In this document: piece after piece, positions 7,890-17,226 of the stretch | Position numbering within the stretch: position 1 is the first letter of the stretch | Layout: the number at the start of each line of letters is the position of its first letter | Origin: Candidatus Thorarchaeota archaeon | Lineage (GTDB): Archaea > Asgardarchaeota > Thorarchaeia > Thorarchaeales > Thorarchaeaceae | Length of the DNA stretch: 64,000 nt | NCBI GenBank assembly: GCA_003345595.1 | Contig: PRDI01000049.1 | Span: forward strand, 29,780 to 93,779 | Direction: 5' to 3' | The notes under the pieces: model-generated | Database searches by the model: none | Told to the model about the DNA's origin: nothing | The model's input: only the letters and a program-made list of their open reading frames with translations | Translations under genes and position numbers: made by a program

Positions 7890-10580
7890 ATGCTTCCGAA
7901 ACTGCTAGCCATATTGTTCCTGTCTGTGGCGATGGCATCTTACTTCGTAGCACCAGTTTCGGCCTTCTATTTCGAACTCTACTACTTCGAAACAGACAAG
8001 ATGGTGTATGAAGTTGGCGAAACAATCGAGATGGTCGCCAAGGTCGCTGCTGAGTTCAGCGAAACTGGATCATGTGATCTCTATTTTGCTGTTGTGAGAA
8101 GCAACGACTCTGTAACTGTCTTCTACGACGGCTACAGCATCCCCTCCGAATCCAGTTCTCGCCTTCTGAGTTCGCCTTATGTCATAGTGCCCCATGACAT
8201 CACCCCGGGAGTCGTTGGTGCGAAAGTACAGGTGGTCTTTAACATCGTCGTATACGATGAGTACACCCAAGGCAATCAAACGCAGATTGAGATTGATGTG
8301 AAAAGAGGTCACCTAACGACGTTTCCAGAAAGCCCAATGTCGGTTGAGTTCGGAACCAACGCGACAGTCACACTGAGGATTGCAAGCCCACACAACAACA
8401 ACGTAGTTCTATCCAACGAGCCCGTTTCGCTCTATGTCCAGAGTCCAGACAGTTTGCCAGTGTTTCAAACAGAAGCATTGACAGACTCGCAAGGTCTGGT
8501 TCAATTGAATTGGACCGAATCCATGGGCCCACCAGGGGTATACAATCTGACTGTCAATGGAGCAGGCACTGCTTCATTCCTACCGTTTTCCGAATCACTA
8601 CAAGTCACTGTGCAACCTGGAGCATCGAGCCTGGAAGTACGGACCGTCACCGAACAGGTCTACTGCCAATCCTACGACTGTACTCAGATGGAGTTCGCAG
8701 AAGTCACTGTTGAACACCTGAACACATCACAGTCCCCAATCCATGATAGCGAACTGAATTGGAATGCATCATTTGGCTGCGGATCCATGAACAATCTAGG
8801 GAATGGAACCTATAGTGCACTAATACCTTTCAGCACCGGGCCCGGACTGTATGCCATTGACCTCACAGCAACAAATGCCGCTTATCAGACTGCCGTAAGC
8901 ACAGTTGTCATACGGGCAAATAGCAGACCACTATTAGCGAATGTCACACTGCTCTCGGAGGTGGTATGCGGCACGCTAATCCGAATTCTGGTGGTAATCA
9001 CTGACGGATTGAGCAGAACCCCAGTTGGTTCACTCCCATTCACACTCGGTATTACAGCAAGTAATGAAGACCTGACTGTAGTGGAGGGCGCCACCAACTC
9101 TTCGGGCGCTATACAAATCACAGCATACGTACCAACCACATCTTGGGGTAGTGGGTTTCTATCTTTGATTGTCCAGAACACAAGCTGCTACAGCGATTTG
9201 TCTGAAACACTACCGATTGATGTCCTATTTCATCCTAGCGTGCTAAGCCAAGCAAATACCCCGATCATTATCAACTACAATGCAGAAGTCCGCCTGCTCC
9301 TGTCAGACCCCATTGGATTGCCGGTCTTCGGTGCAGTAGTCGAGCTACATACACCCGACAACGTCACAGTGGTCATGAACTCCACGAGCTACGACGGTAC
9401 CACGCTCCTCCGCTGGCGAGTTCCTCCGGGAATTGGCCTTGGAAACCAGACTCATCTGTTGGTGATACACAGAAACGATGGAAGGTTCATCAGTCATACA
9501 ACGAGATACTTGGTATTCATGGTTCTTTGCCCACTGTTTCTTGAGTCCTCCAATAGCACAGTGCAAGTCGTACGGGGGCACAATGTATCCATTTGGCTCA
9601 CGATGGTATCGGGCGGGCCTCAGTGCCAACTGATCAATCTTACGCTCAGAAGCAATGACAGTTCATTGACAACTTCGGCTGTGATTCCCACTGACACGCA
9701 CGTGGAAATCACACTGAAGATGAGCTCAAACATTGCTCCAGGCCCATACGAGGTCTATGCAGAAGTCCTGTCCGGGCCATTTGTCATACTGAACCAGTCT
9801 CAAGTCGAAGTCATTGTTATTGGCACTCTACAAGCGGGTTTCGCCATTGTTTCAGCATTCTATGCTGAAGCCCTCATAGTTGATCCTATTGTGAGAGATG
9901 ACACTGATAGCACACCAGACTCGGTATCGGCAACCCTATATTTCAGTGATTGCGGAATTCAAATCCTCTTGGATCCGGCCCTTCCTCGTATGCCATGGTC
10001 GATTCCACTGCCCCTTCAAGTGGCCCCCGGAGCTCACAACGTTACAATCGAAATCAGCCGTCCTTGGTTTGTCGCAGCACGCAGGTCTATTCTCGTGTTT
10101 GTATGGATGCGAACAAGAATTGTGATCTCAGTATCGACCTACAGACCAAACAAGACAGGTTCTGACCCCGGGCTGGAACTGGTTCAGGTCGCTGACAACA
10201 CATCGAGTAGCTCTCCCGGTTCAATCATAAGCCCTCCGCCAATCTTGTTCAATGGCACAACTTCAACCGTGTCGCCTACTGCACGAGAAACCTCTCTTAC
10301 GAGCTGCCCAAGGTTCAGCTCTGGCACCAACAACCTGTCAACTGTGTCAGCAAACTGCCTTACCTCAGAATCAGGAAATGGCCATAGAGTTCTAAGCCTC
10401 AAGGAACGAATCGACAGGGGACTCGCTCTGTTCATGACCACTTCTTCCACAGTCCTCGAAGTACTTCCGAAGGAAACCACCCCCCACTCTGCTGTTTGCG
10501 GCCCTGAGAATACGACATCAGTCAGAAGGGCTCTCTCCCTCAGAATCTTGTCTGCGAGTCTTCTCACGAGCCTGTCGTGA
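7890..10580 (+). CDS. Large secreted/surface protein with Ig-like (MG2-like) repeats; the last ~130 codons overlap the oxidoreductase gene in antisense
   Basis: Signal peptide MLPKLLAILFLSVAMASYFVAPVSA; motif 'TDKMVYEVGETI'; repeated TDSQG/TNSSG and PGxY motifs; many sequons. Confidence 0.75.
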   Translation: MLPKLLAILFLSVAMASYFVAPVSAFYFELYYFETDKMVYEVGETIEMVAKVAAEFSETGSCDLYFAVVRSNDSVTVFYDGYSIPSESSSRLLSSPYVIVPHDITPGVVGAKVQVVFNIVVYDEYTQGNQTQIEIDVKRGHLTTFPESPMSVEFGTNATVTLRIASPHNNNVVLSNEPVSLYVQSPDSLPVFQTEALTDSQGLVQLNWTESMGPPGVYNLTVNGAGTASFLPFSESLQVTVQPGASSLEVRTVTEQVYCQSYDCTQMEFAEVTVEHLNTSQSPIHDSELNWNASFGCGSMNNLGNGTYSALIPFSTGPGLYAIDLTATNAAYQTAVSTVVIRANSRPLLANVTLLSEVVCGTLIRILVVITDGLSRTPVGSLPFTLGITASNEDLTVVEGATNSSGAIQITAYVPTTSWGSGFLSLIVQNTSCYSDLSETLPIDVLFHPSVLSQANTPIIINYNAEVRLLLSDPIGLPVFGAVVELHTPDNVTVVMNSTSYDGTTLLRWRVPPGIGLGNQTHLLVIHRNDGRFISHTTRYLVFMVLCPLFLESSNSTVQVVRGHNVSIWLTMVSGGPQCQLINLTLRSNDSSLTTSAVIPTDTHVEITLKMSSNIAPGPYEVYAEVLSGPFVILNQSQVEVIVIGTLQAGFAIVSAFYAEALIVDPIVRDDTDSTPDSVSATLYFSDCGIQILLDPALPRMPWSIPLPLQVAPGAHNVTIEISRPWFVAARRSILVFVWMRTRIVISVSTYRPNKTGSDPGLELVQVADNTSSSSPGSIISPPPILFNGTTSTVSPTARETSLTSCPRFSSGTNNLSTVSANCLTSESGNGHRVLSLKERIDRGLALFMTTSSTVLEVLPKETTPHSAVCGPENTTSVRRALSLRILSASLLTSLS

Positions 10581-11317
10581 GTTTCGGGGTCCGAAGTCAT
10601 CCTCAGCCCATTATTGTCGTGGGTTGAACCGGTCACGAGCAGATTGTGGCCATCACCAAATCTTGGCATTATTGCATGTCCGCTCGCATCAATGCCGCCA
10701 AATGACGCTTCTCCTGCTCGTGCGAATCTTCTCTGCACTGTCACATCTCTGTTTCCTGTAATAACAACCCTCTCTCGAGAGTGAGCGACAATCTCGTCGG
10801 ACAGCAGTATCGTTGGATGCCTCAGGCGTTCAGACAGGAGGAAGGCCCTCAGGGTCAGCTCATAAGTCTCTTCTGCTGAGCTCGGAGCAAGCACTATGCT
10901 TTCGTAGTCACCATGAGACCCCCATCTGGACTGCATGACGTCTCCTTGGGCAGCCTTAGTTGCTTGCCCTGTGCTCGGGCCTGCTCTCTGAACGTCCACA
11001 ATGACACAAGGTGTTTCAGTCATGACGGCATAGCCTATGCCTTCCTGCATAAGACTGAACCCCGGTCCCGAGGTAGCAGTCATTGAAAGAAGGCCACCCC
11101 ACGAGCTACCAATGATGGCGGAGATTGCCCCTATCTCGTCTTCCATCTGGAGGTACGTGCCCCCCACCAGTGGTAACCTTTCAGCCATGATTTCAGCAAT
11201 TTCAGATGCAGGTGTGATTGGATAGCCAGCAAAGAAGCGGCAGCCCGCAGCTATGGCCGCTTCAGCACAAGCTTGATTCCCTTGCCAGAAGTGAACCGAT
11301 CTGTCTTGACCAGACAT
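10184..11317 (-). CDS. korA: 2-oxoacid:ferredoxin oxidoreductase subunit alpha
   Basis: GNQACAEAA, FFAGYPITPASE, QMEDEI, TATSGPGFSLMQE, QRAGPSTG, ELNLGQ. Substrate specificity is not determinable. Confidence 0.92.
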   Translation of the reverse strand: MSGQDRSVHFWQGNQACAEAAIAAGCRFFAGYPITPASEIAEIMAERLPLVGGTYLQMEDEIGAISAIIGSSWGGLLSMTATSGPGFSLMQEGIGYAVMTETPCVIVDVQRAGPSTGQATKAAQGDVMQSRWGSHGDYESIVLAPSSAEETYELTLRAFLLSERLRHPTILLSDEIVAHSRERVVITGNRDVTVQRRFARAGEASFGGIDASGHAIMPRFGDGHNLLVTGSTHDNNGLRMTSDPETHDRLVRRLADKILRERALLTDVVFSGPQTAEWGVVSFGSTSRTVEEVVMNRASPLSIRSLRLRTLWPFPDSEVRQFADTVDRLLVPELNLGQLVREVSRAVGDTVEVVPLNKIGGGLMIEPGELLDVLSAT

Positions 11318-11380
11318 TCTTGGGACTCTCGATCCTGCGTCGTTCTAGTGTCAAGATAAGATTTCTGCAACAGCTCCCGA

Positions 11381-11468
11381 GTGCAAGTCGTCAGGAAGAC
11401 TGCGACTCAATCATATCATACGAATCGCCGGTCTTGAGAAGGATTGGTCGCAGTCTTTGACTCGCGCA
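11381..11468. repeat. Long intergenic inverted repeat (hairpin)
   Basis: AAGACTGCGAC (11396-11406) / GTCGCAGTCTT (11447-11457) is a perfect 11-bp stem, extended inward by CAATC/GATTG and outward by an imperfect 9-bp stem. Confidence 0.7.
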
Positions 11469-11542
11469 TCATCCGACGCCAATCGACATTGACTCTTCGT
11501 TGTCATCGAAACGAAACATGCACGGCAGTTATCCCGATAGTC

Positions 11543-11550
11543 TTTTATCA
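11543..11550 (+). promoter_or_regulatory. TATA box of tRNA-Gly
   Basis: TTTTATCA located 26-33 nt upstream of tRNA G1. Confidence 0.6.
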
Positions 11551-11575
11551 AGCACACCATGTGCTGCTAGGCTGA

Positions 11576-11682
11576 GCGGCCATGGTCTAGTATGGTCTAG
11601 GACGGAAGCCTCCCAAGCTTCCAACCCGAGACGGTTTCGCTGACCGCGAACTGCGGGAGTTCAAATCCCGGTGGCCGCACCA
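11576..11682 (+). tRNA. tRNA-Gly(CCC) with a 29-nt intron at 53/54 (intron 11631-11659)
   Basis: Acceptor GCGGCCA/TGGCCGC-ACCA; anticodon arm GAAGC-CTCCCAA-GCTTC; BHB central helix CCCG/CGGG with bulges AGA and AGT. Confidence 0.92.
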
Positions 11683-11727
11683 TCTTCGTTCGCCATGCTT
11701 AAGGGGGAGTTCAACAGATTGGGTCAT

Positions 11728-11802
11728 TGGCGAGTGATGATTGTCATGACCCCGATGAGTCGATTTGGACGATGATATGGATCTTGAGTTAAGAGCTCGC
11801 CA
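11728..11802 (+). ncRNA. Candidate box C/D-type guide sRNA (predicted target: tRNA-Leu position 34)
   Basis: Terminal stem TGGCGAG/CTCGCCA; box C-like GTGATGA; internal ATGA...GATGA K-turn; degenerate D box AAGA; guide TGGATCTTGAGTT; TATA-like CTTAAG about 25 nt upstream. Confidence 0.6.
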
Positions 11803-11899
11803 CTATTACTTTCGGTCACCTCTACTGTCCGTGTGCATTTAATCGTACACCACGCACAATGCTTTTAAGTTCCCAACACGGTGCCCCAGTTGGACTGCA

Positions 11900-13093
11900 A
11901 TGTCTCGGGACTATGTTGAGGACGAGCTGAGCCGACACAGTGTGTTCAAGTCAGAGCAATTCCTGTCTGTCGACTATGTCCCTGAAACACTTCCTCATCG
12001 TGAATTGGAGCTGAGAACTCTGGCTCAGAGCTTCAAGACTCTCATAACGTCACCCGGTCGGACGAGTCAGAAATTCATCGTCGAGGGGCCTGTTGGCACT
12101 GGAAAGACAGCCGTGACCAAGAGGTTCTCAGAGCAGATGGTCCAAGCGGCCAACAGAAGAGGCATTCGGTTGCACAAGCTGCATATCAACTGCCGAGTGA
12201 ACAAGACCACCAATCTGATCTACATGAAGATGCTTCGTGAGTTCAAGCCGATGTTTCCTCGTAGAGGACATTCGCCTGCCGAAATCCTCCAAATGGTCTT
12301 AGAAGTCCTCGACTCCGAAGACAAGTATCTCCTATTGATTATGGATGAGCTTGACTATTTCATTAGACAGAGAGGGGCAGACATACTCTATGACCTCACA
12401 CGACTTATGGACGACCGACTCAATGCCCCACAAAGAATCTCAATGATAGGAGTAGGGCGCGACATCTCAGTTGACGAGAGCATGTTTGATCATAGTATCC
12501 TCAGCACCCTCCAGCGCAACATCTTGCATTTCGAAAAATACAATTCTGAGGCGCTGCACGACATTCTGAGAGACCGAGTTGTGTTGGCATTTGAACCCAA
12601 CACAGTCATGGACGAGGCTCTCCAAGTCATATCCGACATAGCATCTGAGCGTGGTGATGCAAGGTATGCTATTGAGTTATTGTGGCGTGCAGGTAAGCAA
12701 GCCGACCGCGAGGGCTCTAAGGCAGTGTATCCTGACTACGTACGCCAGGCCAAGGCCGACACACACCCTGAGCTGAGGAAGGAGGTCTTCACGTCTCTCC
12801 CGCTACAGACCAAACTTCTCTTGCTGGCTGCGAGCAGGCATCTGAAAGAGATTCGTAGTGCTTATGCGACGATAGGAGAGGTGGAGGACATGTATCACAC
12901 AGTGTGCGAAGAATATGGACAGGAGCCAAGAGCACACACCCAAGTCTGGCAGTGGGTCCAAGACCTAAGCGCTCATGGAATAGTCGACACAAAGCGGTCT
13001 GGACAAGGGCAGAGGGGTCAGACTACGCTCATAGGTCTGTCGGACGTTCCTGCAGACATGCTCGAACGCTTCCTTGTAGATCTGCTCAAGTGA
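11900..13093 (+). CDS. cdc6: ORC1-type DNA replication initiator Cdc6/Orc1
   Basis: DYVPETLPHRE, Walker A GPVGTGKT, Walker B MDELD, GDARYAI, C-terminal winged helix. Confidence 0.95.
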   Translation: MSRDYVEDELSRHSVFKSEQFLSVDYVPETLPHRELELRTLAQSFKTLITSPGRTSQKFIVEGPVGTGKTAVTKRFSEQMVQAANRRGIRLHKLHINCRVNKTTNLIYMKMLREFKPMFPRRGHSPAEILQMVLEVLDSEDKYLLLIMDELDYFIRQRGADILYDLTRLMDDRLNAPQRISMIGVGRDISVDESMFDHSILSTLQRNILHFEKYNSEALHDILRDRVVLAFEPNTVMDEALQVISDIASERGDARYAIELLWRAGKQADREGSKAVYPDYVRQAKADTHPELRKEVFTSLPLQTKLLLLAASRHLKEIRSAYATIGEVEDMYHTVCEEYGQEPRAHTQVWQWVQDLSAHGIVDTKRSGQGQRGQTTLIGLSDVPADMLERFLVDLLK

Positions 13094-13117
13094 CTTTAGG
13101 AGGATGCTCGAATCATT

Positions 13118-13402
13118 ATGAACCCTGTTTCTGGCATGCGAATACCGATCGAAGATCTGTTCTCTTCAAAAGGGCGCGTAAGAATCCTCAGAGAACTTGC
13201 CATGTCTGGTGAGCTGAACATATCGGAATTGTGCAGAAGAGCTGGACTGAACCACAGTTCAACAAAGGCTCATTTGGAGGTACTACTGCAATCCGGTTTG
13301 ATTGAAGAGAAGACATTCGGCAGAATCAAGATCTACCGATACCGCGTCGAAGACCTGAGGGCGCGTTCTCTGAGGAACTTGTTTGACCTATGGTCATCAT
13401 AA
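13118..13402 (+). CDS. Winged-helix (ArsR-like) DNA-binding protein
   Basis: LFSSKGRVRIL...LNISELCRRAGLNHSSTKAHLEVL...GLIEE pattern. Confidence 0.85.
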   Translation: MNPVSGMRIPIEDLFSSKGRVRILRELAMSGELNISELCRRAGLNHSSTKAHLEVLLQSGLIEEKTFGRIKIYRYRVEDLRARSLRNLFDLWSS

Positions 13403-13418
13403 GAGGTCCAAGAGCAGG

Positions 13419-14237
13419 ATGACCGCCTACTTGTGCCGTCTCTTCTACCTCGGCAACAACTATCATGGTTCTCAGTGGCAATTAGGACTACGCACGGTCC
13501 AAGGTGAGCTCATAAGTGCAGCTGCAAAGTGGAGTGGGGAAGAACACTCACCGGCCACAATCCAGTTATCAGGACGCACAGATGGAGGGGTACACAGCAT
13601 AGGTCAGATAGCAATGATAGTGTCCGGCGTACCACTAGACATCAACCAGATCAACAAACATCTACCGAACGACATCACGCTCTGGGCTTATGCAGTGGCC
13701 CCGCCTGGGTTCAAGCCACGTCACAGCGTGCTTATGCGCCATTATAGATACTACCTCGACACATCAGAGATGAATCTTGATGTGGCATCAATGCAAAAGG
13801 CTACGCAACATCTCATAGGGTCACATGATTTTGCCTTGCTTTCAAAACCAGACGGCAACAGATCATCCAGGGCGACGCTTCTTAATGCCTGTATTACGGG
13901 TTCTGAAGATATGCTGACATTGGACACGTACGGAACCAGTTTTCTATGGAAGCTCGTGCGGAAGATAGTGTCTCTGCTCATTCACGTTGGAACGGGCGAA
14001 CTGGCCCCCGAAGTTGTCCCTGAAATCCTTCATGGGCAGACGGTGATACACAGTGGGATCAGGCCTGCCGCACCCGAATGCCTTGTACTCATCGAAGCAA
14101 TCACACCAGTTCGTATGAAACGGAGCAAGCTGGCAGTGAAAAGAGTCCAAAAACAGATGTACACCCAATTGGGATTCCTTGCGAAATCGACTAGGACCTT
14201 GTCTGCTTTGAGCGAGGACTCTCTTTTGAAGCAATAG
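13419..14237 (+). CDS. truA: tRNA pseudouridine(38-40) synthase
   Basis: YLGNNYHGSQWQ, SGRTDGGVHS (catalytic Asp), RHYRY, GSHDF, SFLWKLVR. Confidence 0.92.
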   Translation: MTAYLCRLFYLGNNYHGSQWQLGLRTVQGELISAAAKWSGEEHSPATIQLSGRTDGGVHSIGQIAMIVSGVPLDINQINKHLPNDITLWAYAVAPPGFKPRHSVLMRHYRYYLDTSEMNLDVASMQKATQHLIGSHDFALLSKPDGNRSSRATLLNACITGSEDMLTLDTYGTSFLWKLVRKIVSLLIHVGTGELAPEVVPEILHGQTVIHSGIRPAAPECLVLIEAITPVRMKRSKLAVKRVQKQMYTQLGFLAKSTRTLSALSEDSLLKQ

Positions 14238-15432
14238 ATGCTCTACTAATACCAAGCCATTTGGCAAGTACATTACCGGCTTTCGGATCTCTTGTTGCGA
14301 TTTGTTCCACTGTATCATAGAAGGCCCGACCTGCTCTTCTCCTAGAGACTCTGGACAAATGCGAGATCTTGGAAACGGCATCTGCATTCTTGTCCCATTT
14401 TCTGGCGCCACGCCACACGAGAAGGGGCCAAGACGGTTCCGAATAGTCTAATCGTCGATACGGTGTATCCGAGCGACTTGCTACAATCCCTACTGCAAGG
14501 AAATCTTGGACATATGCCAGCAGTTTCCAGTTTTGTTCTCTCCGTATTCTGCCGAGCGCCAAGTCAGATAATGACAATGCTTCAAACCCCTGGCTTAGCT
14601 CATGATAAGCTGTAAGATGCAGATGCAGATTCTCCTCGAGCCAGAGCACCAACTCCTCAGGATCAACGTCTGCCTCTGATACGGTTCTTCTAGCTACACT
14701 AGGACTAGTTGCCATAAAGAGCCTGCTTAGGGTTTCCTTGACACCACGACGAACATCCCTTGACGCCAAGGAACTGACCCCCAAGGTGACATCACCAACA
14801 GCAAGCACCTCCAAGTCAGAGATGGCCGCTCGCAGGTCGCCACCTGACTGGTCAGCTATGTCCTCAAGGACCGTGTCCGTGATTTCGAGTCCATTGAGCA
14901 CTGCAACTCGTTTCAGAACGCCGAGCATGTCTTTTGCATCTATGGGCTTCATATTGAGTACTCGACAATGTCTTTTCAAGTCTTTCAGGCGAGGGCTTTC
15001 GGGATCGTTGGCAGTCATAACTAAGGGGTGGATAGTTTCTTCTATGACTTTCAGGATAGCCCCAGCCCCACCCCTGTCACCAGTACCAGAGAGGCCATCA
15101 ACTTCGTCCAGCAAAATGATGCGCATTCGTCCGTCAAGGGTCTGTTGTGTTGATGCAGTCCACACTTGCGTTTCTATAACTCCCTTGTTGCGCTTGTCAC
15201 TCGCATTGAACTCGACTAGTTCAGCATCCAAGTCCCTAGAAAGTGCAACCACAGCTGATGTCTTGCCAATTCCTGGCGGTCCTAGTAGCAGCATCGCCTT
15301 GACCTTTGGCGTTTTCCGTTTCCAAGAAGCCACCCAGTCACTGAGCTCTTGAAGAGCCTCATGATTACCTGCCACCTGATCCAGACTCTGCGGCCTGTGC
15401 TTTTCAGGCCAAGGCAGACCTTCCTCACTCAT
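14191..15432 (-). CDS. rfcL: Replication factor C large subunit
   Basis: PWPEKHRP, GPPGIGKT, EFNASDKR, LDEVDG, GDLRAAI. Confidence 0.93.
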   Translation of the reverse strand: MSEEGLPWPEKHRPQSLDQVAGNHEALQELSDWVASWKRKTPKVKAMLLLGPPGIGKTSAVVALSRDLDAELVEFNASDKRNKGVIETQVWTASTQQTLDGRMRIILLDEVDGLSGTGDRGGAGAILKVIEETIHPLVMTANDPESPRLKDLKRHCRVLNMKPIDAKDMLGVLKRVAVLNGLEITDTVLEDIADQSGGDLRAAISDLEVLAVGDVTLGVSSLASRDVRRGVKETLSRLFMATSPSVARRTVSEADVDPEELVLWLEENLHLHLTAYHELSQGFEALSLSDLALGRIRREQNWKLLAYVQDFLAVGIVASRSDTPYRRLDYSEPSWPLLVWRGARKWDKNADAVSKISHLSRVSRRRAGRAFYDTVEQIATRDPKAGNVLAKWLGISRASIASKESPRSKQTRS

Positions 15433-16388
15433 TCCGATTCCTTCTGAAGTCCTACGAAAGACAAAAGCGCTCCAAGCTGAACCTCTCCGCTTGCTCCTTC
15501 AGATATACGAAACTCGGCTTCTGCCGTCCTCTCAAGAAACACCATTCTCAGATGTTCTGAAACATCCTGTTTCATGATCTCTCTATGTACCTGCCGTATC
15601 AAGTCAAGGGATGATAGTCCTTGATGATAGATGAGATCTCTGAGGATTTGAAGCGCCGCGTCACATTTGCCAGACTGTGCCACCAGTAGCATTTCATGCA
15701 CTCTCTTGGGGTCTGGTTGGCCTGATATCGCGTAGACCACTTCATCGGTGACACTTCTACTTGCAGCGGCTGCAGCCTGTAGTAGATTGATTGCAGTCCT
15801 CATGTCTCCCTCCGCAAGATACAGTATGGCCTCCTTTCCACTGGAAACAAGTTTGACATTCTCACTTTTCGCGATGTATTCAATTCTACCTGTGACACTT
15901 TCATCTGAGAGCCGGGCGAACTTGAAGATGGCACATCTTGACTGGATTGGCGGAATGATTCGACTAGAGTAGTTGCATATCAGTACCATTCGACACGATG
16001 CCGCATTTGCCTCCATCGTGCGTCTCAGAGCATGCTGTGCGTCACTCGTCAGGTGATCGGCTTCATCCAAAACGAGGATTTTGAACGGCGCACCCCCTGC
16101 AGGAAGAGTCCGTGCAAAGTGCTTGATCTGGTTTCTCACGACCTCGATTCCTCTCTCGTCACTGGCATTCAGTTCCATGAAATTCTGTTCAAACGATTCG
16201 GCAAACAGATCTTTTGCCATCGCGATAGCTGCAGTGGTCTTGCTCGTTCCGGGTGGGCCAGTGAAAAGGCAGTGAGGAATATTCCTGTTCTCAACGAACT
16301 TTGCCAGACTCCTGATCACCGACTCTTGGCCGACTATATCTGCCAGAGTCGATGGTCTATACTTCTCGGTCCAGAGGTCCATACTCAT
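15429..16388 (-). CDS. rfcS: Replication factor C small subunit
   Basis: WTEKYRP, ELNASDERG, DEAD, AQHALRR, SRC motif. Confidence 0.95.
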   Translation of the reverse strand: MSMDLWTEKYRPSTLADIVGQESVIRSLAKFVENRNIPHCLFTGPPGTSKTTAAIAMAKDLFAESFEQNFMELNASDERGIEVVRNQIKHFARTLPAGGAPFKILVLDEADHLTSDAQHALRRTMEANAASCRMVLICNYSSRIIPPIQSRCAIFKFARLSDESVTGRIEYIAKSENVKLVSSGKEAILYLAEGDMRTAINLLQAAAAASRSVTDEVVYAISGQPDPKRVHEMLLVAQSGKCDAALQILRDLIYHQGLSSLDLIRQVHREIMKQDVSEHLRMVFLERTAEAEFRISEGASGEVQLGALLSFVGLQKESE

Positions 16389-16572
16389 CGACTTTCATCA
16401 TCCTACTCTGGGAAGCTTGTGACACTTCAGTGTCGCAGGATGAGAGAACTCGCCATCGGCCCTTAAAAGACCCTTCGGGCAAGCTCAGTGCCGCCATTGC
16501 GTTCCAAATGATGAGCCTGACCCCACGGGAAGGGCTTTATGAGGGCCACACCAACTTTGCATCCGTGCTCTC

Positions 16573-17133
16573 ATGATGAAGATCTGTGACGACATCGGTG
16601 AGATGGTGGACCGATTTAGGATGACTTTTCTTAACGACGTCAGGGAATGTATATTCAGGAAGGATGTTCCGACGATTACTGCCTGTGCCCACCAGATGGG
16701 TCCTTTCCACCAAGGTGATCATGCAGACTTGCCAAACTGGGTCATTGAGAAGTTCCTGAAGCACAATCTCGTTGACCTAGCAGCCGAGGACGCCTATGAG
16801 TCCCTGAGAAGAGTGGAGAACCTCTATAGAGAGGACGAGAAACAGCCACACAAGCTTCAGCCATTTCATCCGAATCTCTATGCAGCACTCAATCGTAAAT
16901 TACTGCGGCTTGAAAGCGACAAGACATCGCTAGACCCTAGGAGCTACGAAGAGATTGAGAAGCTCAAACGGATAATTCCATTTCTGGTAGAATCACGTCT
17001 GTCCAAGATAGTACGTGCAGCGAAGTCCGGCGCCTATCTCGAGATGCGCAAACAGATGGCCAACGAGGAACGCTGGTTGTGTGAAGAGCTCTCACGAATC
17101 GTGTCTGAATGGCGTGACCGTGTGATGAGATAG
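16573..17133 (+). CDS. GINS complex subunit Gins23 (Psf2/Psf3-like)
   Basis: N-terminal B-domain (GDHADLPNWV) followed by a helical A-domain (RLSKIV, EERWL); immediately upstream of mcm. Confidence 0.8.
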   Translation: MMKICDDIGEMVDRFRMTFLNDVRECIFRKDVPTITACAHQMGPFHQGDHADLPNWVIEKFLKHNLVDLAAEDAYESLRRVENLYREDEKQPHKLQPFHPNLYAALNRKLLRLESDKTSLDPRSYEEIEKLKRIIPFLVESRLSKIVRAAKSGAYLEMRKQMANEERWLCEELSRIVSEWRDRVMR

Positions 17134-17226
17134 GAGAAGCCAACACAGGAGCTTAAATACGAATCAACATGCCTAAGCAGTAGACGCAGAGCAGCTGCCC
17201 GACCGCGTACGCCGTCTAGAGCAAAG

